Assembly: GCA_046484245.1 (NCBI GenBank)
Contig: JAWOBN010000007.1
Coordinates: forward strand, 1 to 16,215
From: a bacterium
Lineage (GTDB): Bacteria > Hydrothermota > 32-111
Direction of reading: 5' to 3'
Length of the DNA stretch: 16,215 nt
Shown here one piece after another: positions 6,788 to 13,562 of the stretch (position 1 is the stretch's first letter; every line of letters starts with the position of its first letter). The notes under the pieces were generated by a model. It searched no databases. It saw only the letters and a program-made list of their open reading frames with translations, and was not told the DNA's origin. A program made the translations under genes and the position numbers.

Positions 6788-8908
6788 GTGTCAGAAATAA
6801 GGTTTATCCGGAAGAGAGACGGAAGATTAGAGGAATTTGACGAGGCGAAAATAACATCTGCAATATTCAAGGCAGTGAAGACCACTGGTGAAGATGATCT
6901 GCTCTTGGCAAAGAAGATGACAAACAGGGTTGTTGCTGTTCTTGAGGTAATGTACAAGGACGACAGGGTACCGACAGTGGAGAATGTGCAGGATCTTGTT
7001 GAGAAGATGCTCATTGAATCCAGCCAGGCTGATATAGCAAAGGCATATATCCTCTACAGGCAGCAGCATGCAGATATGAGAAGCGCCAAGAAGATGTTTG
7101 ATGAAGGCATCACAATGATGGACAATTACATACAGCAGTCCGACTGGAGGGTCAATGAGAACTCCAATATGTCATATTCACTGCAGGGCCTCAATAATCA
7201 TATCTCCAGCTCAATATCGGCAATGTACTGGCTTGAGAAGATATATCCCAAGGAGGTTGCAAGAGCACACAGGGACAGTGAGATACACATCCATGACCTG
7301 GGCATGCTCTCTGTTTACTGCTGCGGATGGGATCTTGAGGGCCTGCTCCTTGAGGGACTGGGCGGAGTAACAGGCAAGATAGAGAGCTCGCCTCCCAAGC
7401 ATTTCAGAACAGCGCTGGGGCAGATAGTCAATTATTTCTATACACTGCAGGGGGAAGCAGCCGGAGCACAGGCATTTTCAAGCTTTGACACATATCTGGC
7501 GCCATTCATCAGATTTGATGAACTCTCCTATAAACAGGTCAAACAGGCAATGCAGGAATTCATATTCAATGTCAATGTACCGACAAGGGTGGGATTTCAG
7601 ACACCATTCACCAATATAACAATGGATTTGATGTGTCCCAAGAATTTGAGGGATGACCAGGTTATAATAGGCGGCAAGAGAAGAACTGAAACATACAAGG
7701 AATTCCAGAGGGAAATGGATCTGATCAATACAGCATTTGCAGAAGTGATGATGGAGGGTGATGAGAAGGGCAGGATATTCACATTCCCCATTCCCACATA
7801 CAATATAACAAAGGATTTTGACTGGCATCACCCTGCAATAGAGAAGGTCTGGGAGATGACAGCCAAATACGGTATCCCCTATTTCAGTAATTTTATTAAT
7901 TCCGATATGGACCCGTCTGATGCAAGGAGTATGTGCTGCCGTCTGCGACTTGACAACCGTGAATTGAAGAAGCGTTCAACAAACAGTCAGCTTAATCTTA
8001 TGCTCAATCCCGATAAGGCAAAAGAAGAGAACACGGATTCCTCAAAGAGGGCTGAGATACGGGGTGGCGGTTTGTTCGGAGCCAATCCCATGACAGGCAG
8101 TGTCGGTGTTGTCACAATCAATATTCCGCGTCTTGCCTATAATTCCCGTGACAAGAATGAACTGTACAATAAACTGTCGCGCCTGATGCAAATAGCCAGG
8201 GAGTCACTGGAAATAAAGAGAAAGGTGCTGGAGCGTTTCACGGAGAATGGGCTTTATCCTTACTCAAAGCACTATCTGAGGAATGTGAAGAAATCATTCG
8301 GGACATACTGGGCAAATCATTTCTCAACAATAGGCCTCATTGGAATGAATGAAGCATCAATGATGATGCTCGGCAAGAATATAGGCACAGAGCAGGGCAG
8401 GGAATTTGCACTGGAGACACTCAAGTTCATGAAGGAGCGCCTTGGTGAATTCTCTGATGAAACAGGTAATCTCTACAATCTTGAAGCATCACCTGCTGAA
8501 GGCACATCCTACCGTCTGGCAAAATCCGATAAGGAGGAATTCCCCGAAATCATCACATCAGGGAATGATAATCCGTATTATACTAATTCAACCCAGCTGC
8601 CTGTAGGATATACAGAGGACCTTTTTGAGGCATTGACACTGCAGGATGAGATACAGTGTCAGTACACAGGCGGAACTGTTCTGCACGGTTTCCTCGGTGA
8701 AAGAATACAGACAGGCGAGTCAGCCAAGATACTGGTCAAGAAGATAGCGGAGAATTTCCATCTGCCCTATTTTACACTGACACCGACATTCTCAATATGT
8801 CCTGTTCACGGCTATATACCGGGGGAACATGAATTTTGTCCGTATGATCATTCGGATGAGGAATTGGAAAAACACGGTGTTGAAATATATGAAGAAAAAG
8901 GAGAGTGA
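6788..8908 (+). CDS. nrdD: Anaerobic (class III) ribonucleoside-triphosphate reductase, large catalytic part with N-terminal ATP-cone and no glycyl-radical tail
   Basis: ATP-cone IRKRDGRLEEFDEAKI...VENVQDLVEKML; IHIHDL; YCCGW; SMCCRL; GSVGVVTIN; NLEASPAEG; YYTNS; YTGGT; CPVHG. There is no RxxGY motif before the stop. Confidence 0.95.
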   Translation: MSEIRFIRKRDGRLEEFDEAKITSAIFKAVKTTGEDDLLLAKKMTNRVVAVLEVMYKDDRVPTVENVQDLVEKMLIESSQADIAKAYILYRQQHADMRSAKKMFDEGITMMDNYIQQSDWRVNENSNMSYSLQGLNNHISSSISAMYWLEKIYPKEVARAHRDSEIHIHDLGMLSVYCCGWDLEGLLLEGLGGVTGKIESSPPKHFRTALGQIVNYFYTLQGEAAGAQAFSSFDTYLAPFIRFDELSYKQVKQAMQEFIFNVNVPTRVGFQTPFTNITMDLMCPKNLRDDQVIIGGKRRTETYKEFQREMDLINTAFAEVMMEGDEKGRIFTFPIPTYNITKDFDWHHPAIEKVWEMTAKYGIPYFSNFINSDMDPSDARSMCCRLRLDNRELKKRSTNSQLNLMLNPDKAKEENTDSSKRAEIRGGGLFGANPMTGSVGVVTINIPRLAYNSRDKNELYNKLSRLMQIARESLEIKRKVLERFTENGLYPYSKHYLRNVKKSFGTYWANHFSTIGLIGMNEASMMMLGKNIGTEQGREFALETLKFMKERLGEFSDETGNLYNLEASPAEGTSYRLAKSDKEEFPEIITSGNDNPYYTNSTQLPVGYTEDLFEALTLQDEIQCQYTGGTVLHGFLGERIQTGESAKILVKKIAENFHLPYFTLTPTFSICPVHGYIPGEHEFCPYDHSDEELEKHGVEIYEEKGE

Positions 8909-8909
8909 T

Positions 8910-9071
8910 ATGGAGAAAATAAAGTCCGAAACAACTAAAAAGAGAGTAGTAAAGGTCAAGAAGGTCCCCACGGAGATATACAGCAGGGTAGTGGGATATT
9001 TCAGGCCTGTTTCCAATTGGAATGAGGGAAAGAAAGAGGAGTTTTCCAAGAGAAAGGAATTCAGGGTTTAA
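8910..9071 (+). CDS. Stand-alone NrdD glycyl-radical domain peptide (53 aa)
   Basis: AGGAGA RBS at 8899-8904 and ATG at 8910: MEKIKSETTKKRVVKVKKVPTEIYSRVVGYFRPVSNWNEGKKEEFSKRKEFRV, which carries the classical NrdD C-terminal YSRVVGYxRPVxxWNxGKxxEF motif. Confidence 0.88.
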   Translation: MEKIKSETTKKRVVKVKKVPTEIYSRVVGYFRPVSNWNEGKKEEFSKRKEFRV

Positions 9072-9082
9072 CAGACAGACAC

Positions 9083-9784
9083 ATGATAAACATCAAGGGC
9101 ATACAGGGTGTATCATTAATTGATTATCCCGGGAAGGTTGCAACAACAATATTCACTGCAGGATGTAATTTCCGCTGTCCATTCTGCCACAATCCCGAAT
9201 TGATAGAAGATGTCAGGGATGAGAATACTATCACCACAGACAAAATATTCTCCATTCTAACCAAGAGACGCAATTTCATTGACGGTGTGTGCATAACAGG
9301 AGGGGAACCGCTTATCAATGAGAATATCATTGAATTCATTGAATTGCTCAAAGGCAAGACAGGCCTGGATATCAAAATAGATACAAACGGATACACGCCG
9401 GATATCCTGAAAAAAGTGATTGACAGGGGACTGGCGCAGTATATTGCAATGGATGTAAAGACATCTCCGCAGAGATACTATGAGGCAGCAGGCATTGATA
9501 TGAAAAATGAAAACATTCTGAGGTCAATAGACCTTATTATGGCCAGCAGTGTTCCTTATGAATTCAGAACAACTGTTGTTCCGGGTATTGTAGAGTCCGC
9601 CGACATAAGGGAAATATGCTCGGTAATAAGCGGTGCAGATAAATACGCACTGCAGCAGTACAGGAATGGCAAGACACTGGACAGACGGTACAGTGATGTT
9701 CATCCGTATAAACCGGAGAAGATTGAAAAGATGAGGGATATTGCCAAGCAGTTCATAGAGGATGTTGAGATAAGGGGAATTTAG
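9083..9784 (+). CDS. nrdG: Anaerobic RNR activating enzyme (radical SAM)
   Basis: SLIDYPGK...GCNFRCPFCHN (CxxxCxxC), ITGGEP, KIDTNG, EFRTT; follows nrdD. Confidence 0.95.
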   Translation: MINIKGIQGVSLIDYPGKVATTIFTAGCNFRCPFCHNPELIEDVRDENTITTDKIFSILTKRRNFIDGVCITGGEPLINENIIEFIELLKGKTGLDIKIDTNGYTPDILKKVIDRGLAQYIAMDVKTSPQRYYEAAGIDMKNENILRSIDLIMASSVPYEFRTTVVPGIVESADIREICSVISGADKYALQQYRNGKTLDRRYSDVHPYKPEKIEKMRDIAKQFIEDVEIRGI

Positions 9785-10158
9785 AGAAGGGAGTCAATCC
9801 CTCTTTCAATATCAGAGAGTTTGAATGGTTTGGGAATGAATATGCAGTTATCTATTGTATTGAGCACACGGAAATCATTGGTCTTGGTGTATCCGGAAAT
9901 AAAGATGATCTTGATATCCTCATTGATCATTTTCAGTTTATTGTAGAAATCAATGCCGTCAAAATGAGGCATCATAATGTCTGATATAATAAGATCAACA
10001 TCCCTGAAATGATTTCTGTAATAATCAATGGCATCACCGGGGATATTGAATTCAATGGAATTGTGCTTTAATTGTGCGAGCATCTTCCTTACAACCCGTG
10101 TTATCTGCATATTGTCATCAAGGACTAGAATATTGAGGCTGTGAGAAGATTCACTCAT
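9781..10158 (-). CDS. Single-domain response regulator (CheY-like receiver), 125 aa
   Basis: ILVLDDN, DLIISDIMMP (phospho-acceptor Asp), IFISGY, FIPKPF. Start reassigned to ATG 10158 because AGGAGA lies at 10168-10163. Its stop overlaps the nrdG stop (convergent, 4 nt). Confidence 0.9.
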   Translation of the reverse strand: MSESSHSLNILVLDDNMQITRVVRKMLAQLKHNSIEFNIPGDAIDYYRNHFRDVDLIISDIMMPHFDGIDFYNKLKMINEDIKIIFISGYTKTNDFRVLNTIDNCIFIPKPFKLSDIERGIDSLL

Positions 10159-10206
10159 ACTATCTCCTATTATCAATAATAAAGTGATAATATACAATAC
10201 AATTTT

Positions 10207-10235
10207 ATTATAGGTTTGAAGACCGCAAATGTCAA
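10207..10235 (-). promoter_or_regulatory. Perfect-consensus sigma70 promoter for the response regulator
   Basis: Minus-strand TTGACA (10235-10230), 17-nt spacer, TATAAT (10212-10207). Confidence 0.85.
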
Positions 10236-10296
10236 TAGATTTGAGTACAATCTAATTTCAACATCTGTCCTTTCATCCTTATTTTGTCAAAACCAC

Positions 10297-10457
10297 CCTC
10301 CAAATCCCGGGGACAGTCCTTGAAATATTGAAATAAATGTCATGATATTTTTAAACTTAGTGAGAGGAAAAATTTAAGTTCTGATATTTAATAATTTAGA
10401 AAATATTAATTTTGTCAACTTTCATAAATTTCAATGACTGTCCCCGGGATTTGGAGG
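10297..10457. repeat. 161-bp non-coding element bounded by 30-bp inverted repeats (MITE/REP-like)
   Basis: cctccaaatcccggggacagtc-c-ttgaaat (10297-10326) versus the reverse complement of 10428-10457 matches at 29/30, with the outer 22 perfect. The interior is AT-rich and no target-site duplication is evident. Confidence 0.8.
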
Positions 10458-10579
10458 AGTCCATTTGTAATTGTAGAAATAGCGGGGTTTAGGTGTGGTT
10501 TTGGTTCATTTGCCGGTCTATTCCTTTAATGTTTCAAATTCCGCACCTTGAAGTACTCATTGCATTAATAATGATTCAC

Positions 10580-10608
10580 TTTACATAAATATTGAGATAT
10601 TGTATAAT
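10580..10608 (+). promoter_or_regulatory. Sigma70-type promoter for the TPR-TPR-cyclase operon
   Basis: TTTACA (10580-10585), 17-nt spacer, TATAAT (10603-10608). Confidence 0.7.
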
Positions 10609-10641
10609 CCTATAGAAACATACACTTCTCAAGGATGGTAT

Positions 10642-12162
10642 ATGACATATCAATCTTTAAAGGAAGACAATCCTATCAATACTTCCGAAAAATCGGATAA
10701 ACTACACAGATATTATTTAAGAGCATTAAGGGCAAAATCCGGTATCTATTTTGACGGAGGTAATACGGAGGAGTCGCTCACTCTCATTGAACAGGCAGCT
10801 GATTTTGCAGATAGACATTTAGGCAGAACGAGCTGTGAGAATATAGGTGTTATGCTGGATAAAGCACATATATTAATGAATACAGGCAAAGTGTATGCTG
10901 AGATTGAAAAAATTATAAAATCAGTCGGGGATCTTATTGATAATGACAAGAACCATCCCCAATATGCCAGAATGCTTAAAATGCTCGGTTCATTGAAATG
11001 GTATGAGGGTGAATATGAAGAGACAAAGACGTATTACAGGGAAGTAATGAAGATATATAAGAAGAAGGGTCAAGAAGTTTATTATTACAATATGATAAAT
11101 GAATATGCACTTGCCTGCCAGTATATGGATGATAATGAAACAGCACTGGAGTATTTCAGAGCAGCACTGGAGTATTTTGAGAAGTCCGGTGATAAGCGGC
11201 ATATAGCAGTTATATATGAGAATCTCTCCACAATAATGAACAGAACAGGAGAGATACAAAAAGCAATAGAGTATCTTAAACAGTCCCAAGCCCTCTATGA
11301 GGAGATGGGTAATAAAAACAGATTGTCCAATATAACCAATAATCTGGGCATATCCTATGCACGCATGGGGGATCTTAACAGGGCACTCATTTATTTTGAA
11401 GATGCCTATAAAATAGCAAATGAAATAGCTGACAGAAGGGCTTTGGGCCAGTCAGCCAATAATCTCGGTCTGGTCTATTATAATCAGGGGAAACTGGACA
11501 GGGCATTGAAATATTTTATGGTCAAACTGGAGATTGCTGAAGAAACCAATGAAAGATCGGGCATTGCAATTGCATCCGGCAATATAGGACTGATATACTA
11601 TTATAAGAAGGATTATGAGTCAGCATTGTCCTATGCAGAGAAAACAGTGAAGGTAGCCAGGGCAATATCAGTACCTTATGATGAAGGTATAGCTTATATG
11701 ACAATGGGCAGTATATACAGATGCCTGGAGCAGTATAAAGAGTCAATGAAATACCATAAAAAGGCATCAGAAATATTCAGTAAAGCAAATGCATTAGCAG
11801 AGATTGCTGAGAATTATATAGATCAGGCGGAATTATATCTGGCTCTGCGCAAATACAAGAAGTGCAGTGAGTTGCTGAGCATGGCTCTCAGTATCAGTGA
11901 GGATAAGCATATTGATAAACAGACAATACAGGCAAAAAAAGTAATGGGTATGCTGAATATTGCAGATAAGGATTATGAGAATGCACTGAGCAATCTCAAT
12001 GAGGCAAATGAGATGGCGCTTAAGAGGGGATATACTCTGGAGAGGGGCTTTGTGCTGCAGGGACTCCATAAACTCTATGAAGCGAGAAAAGACACGAAGA
12101 ATGCCCGTAAGTATATGAAGGAAGGGAAGAGAATCTTAAAAGAAGCAGGAGTGCCGGTTTGA
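10642..12162 (+). CDS. Stand-alone tetratricopeptide-repeat protein (about 40-aa TPR_12/MalT-like repeats), 506 aa
   Basis: Repeats such as NNLGISYARMGDLNRALIYFEDA, NNLGLVYYNQGKLDRALKYFMVK and GNIGLIYYYKKDYESALSY. Start moved from TTG 10600, which overlaps the -10 box, to ATG 10642 with AAGGA at 10631-10635. Confidence 0.88.
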   Translation: MTYQSLKEDNPINTSEKSDKLHRYYLRALRAKSGIYFDGGNTEESLTLIEQAADFADRHLGRTSCENIGVMLDKAHILMNTGKVYAEIEKIIKSVGDLIDNDKNHPQYARMLKMLGSLKWYEGEYEETKTYYREVMKIYKKKGQEVYYYNMINEYALACQYMDDNETALEYFRAALEYFEKSGDKRHIAVIYENLSTIMNRTGEIQKAIEYLKQSQALYEEMGNKNRLSNITNNLGISYARMGDLNRALIYFEDAYKIANEIADRRALGQSANNLGLVYYNQGKLDRALKYFMVKLEIAEETNERSGIAIASGNIGLIYYYKKDYESALSYAEKTVKVARAISVPYDEGIAYMTMGSIYRCLEQYKESMKYHKKASEIFSKANALAEIAENYIDQAELYLALRKYKKCSELLSMALSISEDKHIDKQTIQAKKVMGMLNIADKDYENALSNLNEANEMALKRGYTLERGFVLQGLHKLYEARKDTKNARKYMKEGKRILKEAGVPV

Positions 12163-13562
12163 GAACCAAGGATTATGATGATTTCTACCTTCATGCACTC
12201 CTTGAACGGTCAAATGTCTACTGGCTTAAGGGCGAGAGCAGGAATTATCTTGAAGATATCAAAAAGGGGTATGAAAAAGCCGGGCATACCGGAAGCAGCA
12301 CGGACAGGATGATGTTCAGGATTCAGGAGGCGGATTATATATTCTCCAAGGGTGAGTTCACAGAGGCGGCGAATATGTATGCTTCTCTCTACAGGAAGTT
12401 TGAGAAAGCCGGTGAGATGCAATATGCAGCACGCTGCCTGAGCAATATCGGCTTCTGCTACGGCCGGCTGGGCAGTCTCAAGAAGGAGATTGAATTCAAC
12501 AGGAAGGCATTGGCTCTCTATTCAGAGGTTAATGATATATCAGGTAAAGCATACTGCCTTAATAATATTGCAGCATATTACTATAAGAGAGGGGATTATG
12601 AAAAACAGCTGAACTTTCTCAATAATGCATTAGAGGCATTTCAATCAATAGGACATAAAATGGGTGAGGCATTATGCCTTAACAATCTCGGGGCTTTATA
12701 CAACAAGACAGGGGATATTGACAAGCAGATCATATATTTCAGGCAGTCCCTCAAAATTCGTGAAAGCATTGGGTTTACCCAGGGCACAGCCCTTCTCTAC
12801 AATAATCTCGGCATGGTTTACGGAAAGAAAGGCAATATGGAGAAGCATCTGTATTATCTGCAAAGGGCAATAGATATTTACAGTGACACAGGGAATAAAT
12901 GGGGGCTGGCTCTTGTTTACAATAACCGCGGATATGTCTGCTCAAAAACAGGGCATTTTGACTGCGGGTACACATATCTGAAAAAAGCATATTCATTATG
13001 TAAGGATATTTCAGATGCGAACCGCCTTGTATCTGTTCTTGAGAATCTATGTTCACTGTACTATGAGCAGGATAAACTTGCTCTGGGAAATGAGTGTTTA
13101 ATTGAATTAAAGGCATTGTCCGGGAAGATAGATACACCTGAAACTGCTTTTAAGTATAAGTACTGCAGAACATTGAAACAATTAAAGGAATATTGCATGA
13201 AAGAAAGGAAGTTAAACAGGAAATCAGCAATGAGTGCTGCAGACAGTATATTGTCTGATTCTGCAAAGCTCTGCAGGAATAAGGAAAGCGCAATGGCGCG
13301 CCTGCTGGCAGGACGTTTCTTCCTTCTACTGCATGAATATGAAAGAGCGTCAGGGCATTTCGCAAAAGCAAAAGAATTGATTAAACAGACAGGGGATGCA
13401 CTGATTCTCAATGAAATAGATATGCATTGTCTGAAGATGCTGCAGATGGAGTTGGAAGAGACAGGAGAGTGCTCTTTAAGGAGAAAAATAAGAAGTTATG
13501 AAAATAAAATTGATCAATTTTTGATAAGCGCCAATTCTCTCATGAAGGAGGAGGAAAGATGA
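12159..13562 (+). CDS. Stand-alone tetratricopeptide-repeat protein, 467 aa
   Basis: Repeats CLSNIGFCYGRLG, CLNNIAAYYYKRG, CLNNLGALYNKTG, LYNNLGMVYGKKG, VYNNRGYVCSKTG at 40-aa spacing. The TTG start overlaps the upstream TGA (TTGA) with AGGAG at 12147-12151. Confidence 0.88.
   Translation: MRTKDYDDFYLHALLERSNVYWLKGESRNYLEDIKKGYEKAGHTGSSTDRMMFRIQEADYIFSKGEFTEAANMYASLYRKFEKAGEMQYAARCLSNIGFCYGRLGSLKKEIEFNRKALALYSEVNDISGKAYCLNNIAAYYYKRGDYEKQLNFLNNALEAFQSIGHKMGEALCLNNLGALYNKTGDIDKQIIYFRQSLKIRESIGFTQGTALLYNNLGMVYGKKGNMEKHLYYLQRAIDIYSDTGNKWGLALVYNNRGYVCSKTGHFDCGYTYLKKAYSLCKDISDANRLVSVLENLCSLYYEQDKLALGNECLIELKALSGKIDTPETAFKYKYCRTLKQLKEYCMKERKLNRKSAMSAADSILSDSAKLCRNKESAMARLLAGRFFLLLHEYERASGHFAKAKELIKQTGDALILNEIDMHCLKMLQMELEETGECSLRRKIRSYENKIDQFLISANSLMKEEER

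Noticed and set aside
7976..8062. Intein or intron in nrdD
   Set aside because: The insert is only 87 nt, in frame, and has no splicing motifs; it is kept only as a loop-insertion finding.
8829..8909. 80-aa version of the small NrdD ORF, or nrdD as a frameshifted pseudogene
   Set aside because: A clear RBS supports ATG 8910. A fusion would need a roughly 40-aa linker where intact NrdD has only a few residues, and the NrdR boxes and nrdG are intact.
9784..9806. aggga/tccct hairpin as a nrdG terminator
   Set aside because: The stem is only about 5 bp, lies inside the response-regulator coding sequence and has no proper U-tract.
10642..13562. Recurrent AATAATCTSGG motifs as a CRISPR array or DGR repeats
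   Set aside because: They recur at about 120-nt spacing as the NNLG codons of TPR repeats. There is no long near-identical repeat pair, no reverse transcriptase and no cas gene in the window.
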